Below, piece by piece: positions 1 through 13,316 of a DNA stretch of 64,000 bases. A program made the translations under genes and the position numbers. The stretch is from NCBI RefSeq assembly GCF_009914755.1, contig NC_060929.1, one strand, 5' to 3'. The DNA comes from the human T2T-CHM13v2.0 reference genome, Homo sapiens. Under the pieces are notes generated by a model. That model was not told the DNA's origin and did no database searches. It worked only from the letters and a program-made list of their open reading frames with translations. Position 1 is the first letter of the stretch. Every line of letters begins with the position of its first letter.

Positions 1-815
1 TCAGTTACATAATCCCTCCACCCCGACCCTGAGTCAAAAGGATAATAATGTAAACATCCTAATATTACCTACCTCCCCCTCCCTTTGCAGACAACTCCTG
101 GCTTCCCCAGAGAAGGAGGGGGGATGAGTACATTCCAAGCATCCCAGGGTAGGGGCAAAATTTTGTGTCTTGTCCAGAGCCAGCCACCCACCAGACTAGG
201 ACACATTCTTCCCACCCACGTCTGTGACCCATTTCAGAACTTGTATTACAACAGATGCAAGAACCCTCTAGGGTCCAGAGACATCTTCCAAACTGGATTT
301 CTCCACCTTTACCCCAGGAGGTGGAGGGGACACGTCTGGATGGAGGAGACTGAGTGCATGAGTTCCAGACTTGTTCTGCTGCTATTTCTAGCCAGGTAAT
401 TTTGGGCAAGTCACGTTACCTTTCTAAACATTGGTTTCCTCATGTAAAACACAGGGATAAGAAATGCCTACTTCACTAGAGTATTGTGAAAAGATAAAAT
501 GAGGTAATACAAATGAAAGGGCTTTATAAAGGCCAAGTCCCACATTGTGTGAGTTATTACATAATCAGACTCCAGAGGTTACTGCCCATGGCCTGAGGAA
601 TGGGGCACCCAAGTCAGATGGAGACAAGAGAAGCGGGATCACCATTCCTTCTTAGCACCTGGGCAGTGAGGCCAAGTAGAGCCCCCTAGCCTGTCTCTCC
701 TCCAGCTCTGAGTCCTCCTCAGCCCAAGTGTCCCCAGTTTTCCTCCAGCCACAGGAAACTCTGCAGCCAATTTCTGGGTAGGCAACTAGTCAGGAATCCC
801 AGGAAACTACTCTTT

Positions 816-1137
<322 letters not shown>

Positions 1138-1436
1138 TGAGGGCAACTTTTGGCTGGTGACACAAAAAGGGTTTTCCTGTTCATGGTGGCTGCAGAGGGC
1201 TAGTTTAGGAAGCCAGCTAGCCTCAGGCTCACCACAGCAGCCTGGACACACCCTGGCTAGTGGTTCCTGGGTCTGGAGTCAAACAAGAGCCACAAAGATC
1301 CCCAGATGAACGTGCACAGATGTCACATTCCCCCAAACCAGGATTTCTGTCTTCTTGCTGCTTTCTGCCCTGAGTAGCAAGGGCAGGAGGCAGTAGGGGG
1401 CCAGTCCAGACATGCAATCAACCCCCTGAAAATCTG

Positions 1437-2086
<650 letters not shown>

Positions 2087-4066
2087 TTAATGTAAAGTTT
2101 TCAAATCAGATTGCTGTGCTGTTAGACTAGTAAAAGAATAAGAGACCTCTAGGACAACAGCTGCCCTCTGCCCTCTATAAAATGCTGCTCCAACTCTATA
2201 AGGACAGATACAGGAAAGAAAGATGAAAGCCAACACCCAGTACAGCTTGAGGGCATGAAAAGCATGTTGGACTAGGAGTCAGGTACTGAGACTCTGTCTT
2301 ATTTCCAACTACTTATTTAGCTATTGACCTCAGGCAAATTACTTCCTATTTTCTGGCTCCAGTTTCATCACCTTTCAAGTAGAGGTACCAAGTCCTGCCT
2401 ACTCAGCAGAGGGCTTTTGAAAAATCCCAGGAAACTATATCTCTCCAGCTCCTAAAGTAGTGTCTGCCACCAAATAGGGGCTCAACATACTTGGGCTCAA
2501 CTCATATTATATATAAACACTGAAACTCTGGGACAAAGGAGATATGACATCATTATAGTTATCACTATCCCTAGGGACCACTGGGAAGGTGGCCTGGGCA
2601 CCCATATCAGGTTCTCTGGGTTTAGGTGGTCATCCGAGTCCAGCTCTCCAGGAGGGCAACCTTATAAGGCCTCTCAACCACACAGTGCAAGCCCCACATC
2701 CATCCACCAAAATGCCCAGGACCAATCTGGTATAGACAGATTCCTGACCTCAATCCACCTTGACTACTTGAGTCACCTTCTTCACCCTGTACTAATGATG
2801 CCATTTTACAAATTTAAGATGAACATTTCCCACCCTGTCCCAAGACCTTGGGAAGGATAATATGGGGGCTTTCTATGCCACTCTTAAACAACTCCCTCTA
2901 ATACCAAGCTCCTGACAAGGATGTTATAGGAAAGGATGCACAAGTGACTGTGGACATGGTGGGGAGTGATGGGTCTGTCTGCCAACTGCCAAATACAGGG
3001 CAGCTCTGCTGTGTGTGATCAGACAAAACAAGGAAGCTTTAAAAAGCTAAGGGATCTGCACCAATCACCAGTAGAAGGGATGCCAGGCACGCCGCCTTCT
3101 TGACAGGCTGGAGGCAGTGTGCATACAACAGTCTCTTGGCCCTGTCCAGAGTCTCCCACTAAGGCCCCCAGAGCCTCCCTCCCCACAGGGAAGGGAATGG
3201 ATGTTTGCAGCCTGACGCAGGGTGTTGGCCTCAGGCACAGTGGCAACATTATGCCTGCCAGAGAGCATGGCAGTGCTGTCATCCCTGAGGGGTTGCCAAG
3301 GCAGCCGTTTGCTGGGTTTGGCTTAGGAGAGAGGCTAAGGAACCCACAGCCCCTCCACCCACACACCTACCCAGGGAAGGGGTGATGTTGCCTGACCGGG
3401 GGCTGATGCCTAATGGGTCAGGTTCCATTTCCTGTGAACCCTGCACAAAGGAATTGTTCTCTCACAACGTGGCCAAAGGCCAGTACTCTCCATGTCTCCC
3501 ACCTCCTCGTCCTTGCTGGGATAAGGAAGAAGAAAGAGAGGCCTCAACCTGCCGCCATGATGATCCCTCTCTGTACAGTCCTGCCATGCCTCACAGTCAA
3601 TCCACATTTGCACACTTACATGCACATAAACCCAAATACACACATACCTATACATCATGCATCCAAATGCACTTCCTACCTTCCCACAGGAGCTCTACTC
3701 TGCCCTGGAAGCCCACTCTGCCATGTTTCCTACTGGCTTCTCCCTCCCAGAGTAGGGCATCAGGCAAGAATTAAGGGCCTGCCTTCAGGTGCCAGCTGTC
3801 CTAGCCACATGCTCATTTCTGGGCAAGCAGGAAATGTCCCCAAGGATTAAAGCACGTCACAAAACCATACCACAGGAAATTGCATCCTATAGGGGGGAGG
3901 GGGCTTCCGCTGACTAAAAATATATTTCCCCTCCTCCCAACTTCCGCCCAGAGGTTGAGAAGAAACTGGGTGAAATTATGAATTCAAGGAACAGTGACAA
4001 CGAGGAACAGCCACGTGGCTGACAAAGTGTGCTGATGAGATTCAGCCCTGGGGAAGGGGCACTTAC

Positions 4067-4244
4067 ATGCAGGAGGGAGCCCGGAGCTCCTTCACATATT
4101 TGCATTCTCCATGGATGCAGAAGTCCTTGTATTTCCGAAGACATGGGTCCCTCTTCTTCCCTAGCCCCTTGCCTTTCTTCTTTCTTTTCCCGTGCTCCTC
4201 CTTGTTTGGTGTGGCCAGTGCTTGTGGCTTGGAGGATAAAGTGA
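4067..4244 (-). CDS. HBEGF: HBEGF coding exon 3 (heparin-binding basic region and first part of the EGF domain)
   Basis: Minus strand reads ctacag|TC ACT TTA TCC TCC AAG CCA (VTLSSKPQALATPNKEEHGKRKKKGKGLGKKRDPCLRKYKDFCIHGECKYVKELRAPSCI) and ends AT|gtaagt. It is 178 nt and phase-consistent with exon 2. Confidence 0.98.
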
Positions 4245-5286
4245 CTGTAGGAGAAAAGCACTCTGTTAAAGTCTGACTCTTTGGGAAGAAAATCAGAAGA
4301 GCATAGTGCTTGAAAGGAGTATATATGCTTTGATTCCACCTGAAGTCAGAGATCTGGGAAGGCCCCTTAGCTCAGTGCCTCCTAAGAGGCAGAAGGAAGA
4401 GCAGGAAGATTGGGCAGAACCACCAGAAAGAGGGAACCTCGGTAGGAAGTAGAAGCTAGGGTGGGTCCCAAGGAAGGCATTTCACAGTCTCTGTGTAAGA
4501 GCCTCATTCTCAGAATGCTTTTGTTGAGTAACTGGGCAATTCTACCAACCTCACCTCCACCCCACTGTCCACCTTACACCCCCATCTCCTACTCCCCCAC
4601 ACCCACTTCATTCTATTTTGGCCTTCAATCAGCCTCATTTCCTGATGCTGTACTCAGTGAACCACTTGCAGAAAGACAGTGTCACACACAAAAATTGCTT
4701 CTAGAGAAGGTACTTGGAGGTTCTGGGGTTGGAGGGCTCCTAATATAAGAACAGTGTCCATGTGTTCAGGTGGTCTCTTCTGGGGCACCCCTTAGTACTA
4801 TGAGCCCAGGGCAGAGCCTGGCTCAGGAACAGCAAGCAGGCCAGCCCTGGTCACGGCCTTGCTTTTTCAACTTCAAGCAAAATATTTAACTTGCATACCC
4901 TTTACAGCTCACCCACTTTCTCAAAGATTCATTCATATTTAACCCCCAATGTCCTGTTTATAGCTCTCTGGATTGGGGGGTACAGGGTGTACAAGGGATA
5001 GAAAAATGGAAAGTAAGGAACTGTCCAGAAGGAACTGGAACAATGATGACTCCCTCCTTCTTTCCATGCTTCAGAGAGACTGGGGGAAAAACAGCCTCAC
5101 CCAGATATCCAGCTGGGATTGACCAGGGACTATGCCTATCAGCCCAATCCCACCCTTTTATCCCCCATCAGGAAAAAGGTGCCCACATCCATGGCTACAG
5201 CCATGTGTCTTACAGAAGGGTAAGCATGATACGTTAGACTAGAGACTTAGAGTCTCAAGCTAGAGGGACTTCAAAGAATACCATGT

Positions 5287-5621
<335 letters not shown>

Positions 5622-7342
5622 TCAAGGTCATGCAGGATTGGGATTAGAACTGTGTTCTCTGGACTTCACTCCAATGTCCTTCCTCACCACACCAAGCTGC
5701 CTCACACACTCCCATCTCCTCCCTCTCACAAGTCTAGAGCACCTGAGATGCTGATCCAGGCATGAATGGGCTCTGAAGTCCATAGACCTGTGCTCCAATT
5801 TCAGCTATTTACTGTGGGCAGTCACTTAACTCCTCTGAACCTCAGGTTCTCAGTAAAATGTGGATAGCCAAAGTAACTATCTCAAAAGGTTGCTATAAGT
5901 GTTACATTAGCCAGGATAACATATCAAGTGCCTAGAACACAGTAGGAATTTAATAAATGGTAGCAGTCATTTATTTTAGGTGGTAGGATCCCCAGACCTG
6001 AAAAATAGTCCTTGCCCAGCAAAGCCAAAAGAAGGGAAGAGAAGTAGGTGCCAGCAGCCCCCACAGTCTTTCATTTCCTCTCATCCAGTCCCAGGCCCCC
6101 TCAGAGCTCAGAAGGTGATACAGGTGGTCAGAGGAACCCAGTGACCAGAGCTTCGGGGAGAGCAAGGCAGGGGGGCCAAGCCAATCAGAAAGGGGAGGGA
6201 GAAGGTGCAGGGTGACAGCCAGGCTCCTGCCATGGACAGGGAGCAGTGAGTCAGGTCTGCAGAGGTAAGAGGAGCAGCCGTGTGGGTGGGGGGTGGGGGT
6301 GGGGTGAGTCACAGCCCAGCCCTGCCCAGCCTAGGAGGAGAGGGCCAGGAGAATCCAGGCTGTTCAGGTCATGGGCAACCCCAGAGGGCCACTGGGAGAG
6401 GATGAAGTATGGGAGCCCAGGCTCAGTTTTGGAGTATGTGCTTGATTTATACAAAGTAGAGAGAGTATCCAAGGAAAGCTCCTGGGAATGAGGGAGAAGG
6501 GCAGCTGAGGAGCAGGTGGAACTAGAACAGGTGGGCATCTGTCCAACCAAATATAGTCATTCCAGGGTACAGTGCTGAGTCCTTGCTCTACTCTGGATAA
6601 TCTCCTCAGGTTTGGAGGCAGGAGAGCTGGCAGGCTCTGGACTCTGCCCTGTACCTGTACTTGGCCACAGCCAAAGAGGCTGGTTGGAGGATCCTACACA
6701 GCCCTCCCCATTTGGAGTCTCCTCAGGAATGCAAGGTGCTCAGTAAGCTGCAGGTTTCCGGTAGCATTCACAGATATCCAGCATTTTAATACAGCCCCCT
6801 AGGGGCTCAGTGCTCACCATTCACAGCCTCATCTAGGGCGGCCAAGAGCTCCTCATTCCCCTCTGTTTCCCCAATCTGGAGACAGGTGGATGGAGGAGGC
6901 CAACACTGCACACTTTCTAGAGATGTGCCTGGGCATCTCCGCATGTGTTACCTCTATTTTATATATAATAGTCATTTGATATGGGAATTAGAACTGGCGC
7001 CCATTTTTACATAGTAGCTCTAGGGAAAGCATCTCAACCATTCCTTGTTCCTATCACCCAGCTTACCTAAGAAGAACGTAACAACCCCAGACAACACGTC
7101 TGATTCAATTTGCCCCGGAGTACCCAGAAGGGCAGCAACCCAGCAGGTGAGGCAATGACAAGAGAGAGAGAGTGGGACCTATATTCCAGGATCCCCCAGT
7201 GCCCATCAGGCCGATCAGCTTTTCCCCGAGGTTCTCCATGAATACCCTCAACCCACAGTATTGCCCAAACAGCAAGAATCTTGGATCTGCTTATTCTTCA
7301 ACAGCCCACCAAGGTCCAAGGATGGGGGGCCTCCACACCCAC

Positions 7343-7516
7343 CTCTCAAAAGGTCCAGATCTGCCTCTTGCAAGTCACGGACTTTCCGGTCCCGGCCGCC
7401 TCCTAGGGGTAGCAGCTGGTCCGTGGATACAGTGGGAGGGTCCGGGTTGCTGGTTCCAGCAGCTAGCCCTCTCCGAAGCCGCTCCAGGCTCTCGCCAGTC
7501 ACCAGTGCCGAGAGAA
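7343..7516 (-). CDS. HBEGF: HBEGF coding exon 2 (end of signal peptide and propeptide)
   Basis: gcag|TT CTC TCG GCA CTG gives VLSALVTGESLERLRRGLAAGTSNPDPPTVSTDQLLPLGGGRDRKVRDLQEADLDLLR, ending G|gtgggt. It is 174 nt. Confidence 0.98.
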
Positions 7517-7714
7517 CTGCGGGCGAGAGGCCAGGCCGCATCAGACACCCGCCCAGACCCCTGACCAACACGCACCGATGCCGACGCCCGTCCGCCAGAG
7601 CGCAAGGGCCCCACCAAGTGGCCCGTGCCGGGTGCGCTGCGGCGACCTTCCCCCATGCCCCCAGCACAACGCCCCCATCCCCCCGATCTCCGGGGGCGTC
7701 GGCAGCCCTCTTAC

Positions 7715-7760
7715 CTGCAGCCAGAAAGAGCTTCAGCACCACCGACGGCAGCAGCTTCAT
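7715..7760 (-). CDS. HBEGF: HBEGF coding exon 1 (signal peptide start)
   Basis: ggaccATG at 7760 gives MKLLPSVVLKLFLAA, ending G|gtaaga. It is 46 nt. Confidence 0.98.
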
Positions 7761-8035
7761 GGTCCCGCACCGAGAGGAGGCGGCGAGGCACCAGTCACTT
7801 TCGAAGCGGCGGCCACTGGGCGCTGGCACCAGAGCTGGGCGGCGGAGCTCAGGAGATTCCGCCGGGCACCGTCTGCCGCCCGCCTCTGCGTGCAAGCCTG
7901 GCCGGGACCCAGGCGCAGCTCGCTCTTCTTGAGTGTCTTGTCTTGCTCACTCAGCCCGCCCGCGCGGCCGCCCGACCCCGCGCGCCTAGGTCAGGCCAGC
8001 CAGCAGCGTGGCCCGCGTAGCTCCTTCGGCCGAAT
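7761..8035 (-). other. HBEGF: HBEGF 5' UTR (TSS about 8035)
   Basis: GC-rich leader upstream of the ATG. The start is estimated from an Inr-like TCATTC lying 26-30 nt downstream of a TTATT element and from my recollection of the mRNA 5' end. Confidence 0.75.
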
Positions 8036-9149
8036 GAGCGCTGCCCGGCTCGCGGCCGGGAATAAGGCTCCAGGAGGCGCGGAAGCTCCGCCCCGCCCGG
8101 CGCCGCCCCCTCCCTCCTCCCGTGCTGGGAAGCTCGCCCGGCTCGCGGCGCCGGCAGCGCAGCCCCCGACCCCGCGGGCGCGGCGGAGGACTGGGCGGGA
8201 GGAGAGGGCGGCGTTCACAATTTTTGGGACCAGGCCGAGGCAGCCGCGGCCTGATTGTGGGTAGGGCTACTGACCGGCAGGTGGCGGAGAGCGGTTCCTA
8301 CCTTTCCCCAAACGCCTGTCACTCTGCAGCCTTGTGACTGACTGCTGAGCTGAGTTCTGTTCCGGGCCTGGCCTCTTGCTTCATCTAAGCCCCATACCAG
8401 GGGTCTCCATCCCTGTCACCCTCTAAGTTTCAGAAGCCCACCTTTTGGCCTACCAACACGGCAAGTATCAAATAATAATTAATTCATTTATCATTTAAAA
8501 ATTAGACACGTGAATGCCAGCCGTTCTCATAAACCCGAGATAACCAGAGTTGAAGTTGCAGGCACTTAGTATCAATCCAGCAAAAGCAAAGGAAGTTAGT
8601 ACTCTCTTAGTCTCTGGAGTGGCTTCCTCCCATCTTCCCTCAGGGGACATTAGGATTTTTGAACTATGGGTTGTAATTCCCAGGCTTCTGAGATTGGAGA
8701 GACACAGGTTGTGAAACAAGCCTTATTCTTTTCCTTGCCTTTGACTGCCACCTTTTTCCTCAACATAAAAAATGAGCCACCCTCCCATAGGACCCAGCTG
8801 GCTAACCTAGATTGCTGTTTCACAGACACTAGGTGTTTCTCTTCCAACCCATGTGCTTTTGCAGGGGTCTTCTGGAGTCACTGTCCTGACCCAAAGAAAT
8901 GAGTGTCTCAGTAGGTATTTCAGTTTCCAGGGACGTGCTGGGGAGAGAGTTGTTTGACACAGGGCTGGGTTGGCTTTCAGAGCCCTGAAATTGTGCCAGA
9001 TAGAGCACTTGCCGGATTCTGCCTGTGTGTAGGGATAAAAACAGGCCTGCTATTTATACACAGTCTATCCCACTGTCCCTCCCTATCCCCACCTTTGCAG
9101 GGGTCAATCTGGCCCTGCCCTCTTAACTTGCTCCAGTAACCTAGGCCTA

Positions 9150-9425
9150 GGTTTCCATAGTGCACTGGAATCACTACAGACCTGAGTTTGAATCCTGCCT
9201 TTGCTACTTACTGTGTGACCTTGGACAAGAAACTTAATTTCACTGAGCCTCAGTTTTGACGTCTCTCAAATGGAAAAAATAATAACAATAATAATAATGA
9301 CTACTTTGTAGGGAGCTTTTTGAGAAATGAATGCGGGAACACATAAAAGTAGTTAGTATAGTGCCAGGCACACTATAAGCTCTCAATAAATGTGACCCAT
9401 TATTATTGTTGCTGTTAATAATAAT
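9150..9425. mobile_element. MIR
   Basis: agacctgagtttgaatcctgcctttgctacttactgtgtgaccttggacaag...ctgagcctcagttt core. Similar MIR remnants lie near 340-530, 2240-2380, 5790-5970, 11400-11640, 23000-23225, 27920-28170, 33420-33620 and 57615-57800. Confidence 0.8.
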
Positions 9426-10104
9426 CACTAAGCACTTGACCACTCTATTTCCTTAGAGGCCTCTTTTCTCTCACTTCTCTAGATCGCTTGCCTTCCCCTA
9501 GGCCATATCTGAGGCTTTATGATATAGTTGGGCTGGTTTCAGACAGAAGCTCACCTGTCACCTATTTGGCTAAGAGCCACTGTTAGATTATCCTTTTGGG
9601 TGATGAGTATCGGGCCTAGGACCTCAGTGCATGGTCACCGCCCAAGCCATGACTTTGCCCTCCCTCAGCAGCTGCCTGGCCACCTGCTTCCCCAAAACAA
9701 AGCCACCTTGGGGTCAAGGCTCTCCCCAGGGGAGGGTGGAGAGAAACACTTCCTGACACATGGTCAAATCACCCCCTTTCCCCCACCCTCGCCAGAGTCA
9801 CACCCTGCTCTCTTGCCCCAGCCTGCCTTTCTCCCTTCACATGCTCTGTCCTTCCGCCTTCTCACCCCCACATCAGCCTCAGTCCCATTCATGGGGCAAC
9901 TCCAAACTTTCATCACACCTGGAGCCTCACCCCAGCTAGGTTTGTGTGTCAGCCAGGTTTTACAGGAAGGGCCTGAAAAAAGAAGATAAAAAGCTTGAAT
10001 TGGATTTGGGACAGTCACTTCCCCTCTCAGAATCTTGGATGTCTCTGAGCAAAGAAAAGGAATCACAATTCATGCTGAGGCAATCTCATTAACTCAATTA
10101 TATC

Positions 10105-10600
10105 ATAAACATTAACTGAACATTTTTGGGGGGCACTGGGGACATAGAAATAAATAAGACAGCCCAGGACCTGCTTTCACAGAGCTTATATTCTATAGTA
10201 GACAGGCAGCACATTAAGGAAATAAACAAGGAAAAACATATCCTATAGTGATAACTGCTAAGATGAAAGTTAAAATACAATGATGTGCTGTAGGATAATA
10301 TGTTCCAGTGCCCAGGATGACACTTTAAACTGATTAGCAAAGCCTTCTCTGAGCAGGTGACATGTAAGCTGAGGCCTGAATGAGAAGAAGAAATCAGATT
10401 TGGGATCATCTATGACAAAAGCATTCCAAGATGTGCAAATAGTGCAAAGACTCTGAAATGGAAAAAAGTTGGGAGCATTCAAGGAAAAGCAAGAGGGCCA
10501 AAAAAGGAGAGATATGGGATGATATTGGAACAAAGGCTAGCAACAGATAAAAGAGGACGTTATAAGCCAAGGTAGACACTGGATTTTATGCCCCATTATT
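10105..10600 (-). mobile_element. L2 (LINE-2) 3' fragment
   Basis: ggcactggggacatagaaataaataagacag...cctgctttcacagagcttatattcta...taagctgaggcctgaatga matches the reverse complement of the L2 3' end. Confidence 0.75.
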
Positions 10601-12638
10601 GTCAGAATCATATGAGATGTCAATGAGACAGCACTGTCATGCAGGATTCCTCCATATTGTCCCCTCCTCCTGCTCAGGTCTCCCCCACCTGCTCTCTGGA
10701 TGTCAGGTTGTCAAATGCCAGGAACATAGTCCTAAGGAAGTAGAGTTCAGACAGACAAGCCTGCTTTTATTGACTGTCTATTGACCATGAGCAAACTGAG
10801 GCTTGGAGACTGATTAGCCCTGGGCCACCAGTGAGTCAGAAGGGGGCAAGTGCAGAGCAGAAACCCTGGCATCCTGCTTCCCAGCCCATGCGAGTTTCCT
10901 GGGCCTCTGGAAAGGCAGGCTCCATGGGACTCTGAGTGCTGCTGACTCACTGCTAGGCCAGAGTTCTTGATTTGGAGAGAGCACTTGCTCCCCAGTGGGG
11001 AGGACCTGGAAGAAAGCGGTGCTAGTGGTGACAATTCCCCTGTAATCAACACTGCACATGCATTATCTTGCTTGATCCTCACAACATCCCCCAAACTAGA
11101 CACTGTTATCATCATCTGCATTTTAAAGGATTGAAGCTTTAAAAGGTAACATCCCAAGGTCACCCAGCTAGTGAGTGTCTCAGCCTCAATTTGAAACCCC
11201 CTCGTTCACTTGGGCTTGTGCTCTCCTAAGCTCAACACTCAAATGGATGAGACGACAGCCGCCATCTCTATGCTTCTGTGGAGGGTAACATTATCAGTTT
11301 TACTGAGTTTCAGTCCTTCATCTGTTCTGAGGGATAATAAGAAACTCTGGCTCACTAGACTGGAAGGATGCTTAGGTAAGCACAGCAGGGCAGCTAATGA
11401 AATGGATACAGTCTTGGGAGTCAGATACTTGGGGGTTCAAATTTTGTTGGTTTTTTTTTCTTTCTAACTTTGAACATGTTATTCAATTTCTCTTACCTAC
11501 AGTTTGCTCACCTGAAAAGTGGGGACAATAATAGTAGTTATTATTATAGGGCTTTTGTGATGATTCAGTCAGATCATGTGTATAAAGCGGAATATGATGC
11601 CTGGCACATAGTAGGTACTTACTCAATGACAGCGGTTATTATGACCAAATTTTTTTCTTGCTTTCTTTCCTTTTTCTTTTTAAGTGGGAACTTGAATAAA
11701 ATGTTGGTTTATCATGAGCTAGCCATCCTCAGAGATGAAGTGTTCCTTTCTGGGAGATGGCCATGCTTATCAAAGAGATGCTAGATCTGCAAGGCCACCC
11801 AGAGTTTTGGAAACCTCAACCCAAAAAAGCAACTCAGGCTCAGAGGTCAGAGGGAAGCTGTGCCCCCTGGGGGAGAGGATTCAGCTGCCTTCTCATTCCC
11901 CTCTGACCAGAAGTGAATCCTGCACAGCCCTTGAACTCTGCTGCGTTGGGGAGAGGGGTAAAGAAGGGCACCTCCATTAAGGGTAGGTCTGACCATGAGC
12001 CCAGAGTTACCCAAACTTGGAATGTCAGGATGAGGGGTCATTGCTTCTTGGCCCAGGCTGGCTTCTCTCACCCCATCTGAGACAGTTAATCAAACAGTTT
12101 GGGCATACAGCTGGATTAGATTAGAATTCAGGCCTGCCCTTTGGAGCCCCCGTGTACCTTCTTATGCTGGCTGGGCACCTGGAAGTAGCGTGCTTCATGC
12201 ATATTCAGGGATGAACAGGCTCTGCTGTCTGATTGTTTGGGGCTAGGATCTATTTGAATAGGATGAAGGATAGGAATGGATGAGATAGGGAGAGGCTTTT
12301 GGAGGTGAGGGGGTTTCAGGAATCCCTGTCATCTCCAGAAGATGTTGAGGAAGGAATATTTATAATGTGCTGGATCCCAAACCATCCTTCTCTATTTCTG
12401 GTCCCATTTTTGTGACTTTGAATGATTAACATCTCCAGACCAAGGACTTTGCCCCTACAGCCATCCCCTCTGTGTTGGCCAGCACAGAGAGAAAGTGATT
12501 CCTCCCTCATTACACACCCATCTCTCTCTTCAAGCCTCAGATTCCTCAAGTGAAAAATGAGAACTTGAAACAATTACCCTGCATTCAGGCACCGGCCAGT
12601 ATGTCCATCATGAATTATTTGCTGTCATGTTGCTGTCA

Positions 12639-12954
<316 letters not shown>

Positions 12955-13316
12955 GACTTGGGGAGACAATTCTATAACAATTGACAGTGCCTGATTTACA
13001 GGATGTGATAACCTTTCTCTCTGTGTCTCAGCTTCTTCGTCTATAAGTGGGGAGAATAACAATCTACTTAGGAGGTTCTTGTGACAACTGAAGGAGATAG
13101 CATCTCTGAAGTGCTTGGCAAAATGAAAAGCCCTATATAAATACGTCAGAGCTCCTGTTAACTTTTCTGGTGCTTAACCTTGGAATGTGGTCACATCACA
13201 TTCTGTACCAGGAATGTACAAGTTCGGTTACTCTTAGAAATGCAGTTGCAGGTCTGCAATTTAACAATTTCACATTATCCATTTGCTCGTTTTTTTAACT
13301 AAGGGTTGGTCTAAGA

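Larger units (their letters stand above)
7380..8320 (-). promoter_or_regulatory. HBEGF: HBEGF CpG island promoter with atypical TATA (TTATT, 8061-8065) and GC boxes (about 8088-8112)
   Basis: Very high CpG density. Plus-strand aataa at 8061-8065 and ccgccccgccc Sp/KLF-type motifs. Confidence 0.88.

Noticed and set aside
3019-3850. Cluster of overlapping 100-145 aa ORFs in HBEGF intron 3
   Set aside because: I recognise no protein similarity or consistent splice framing, and the lengths fit chance.
7261-8264. Long plus-strand ORFs (223 and 228 aa) antisense to HBEGF exons 1-2
   Set aside because: They lie in a GC-rich CpG island where stops are rare, are Arg/Pro/Ala-rich with low complexity, and have no recognisable domain.
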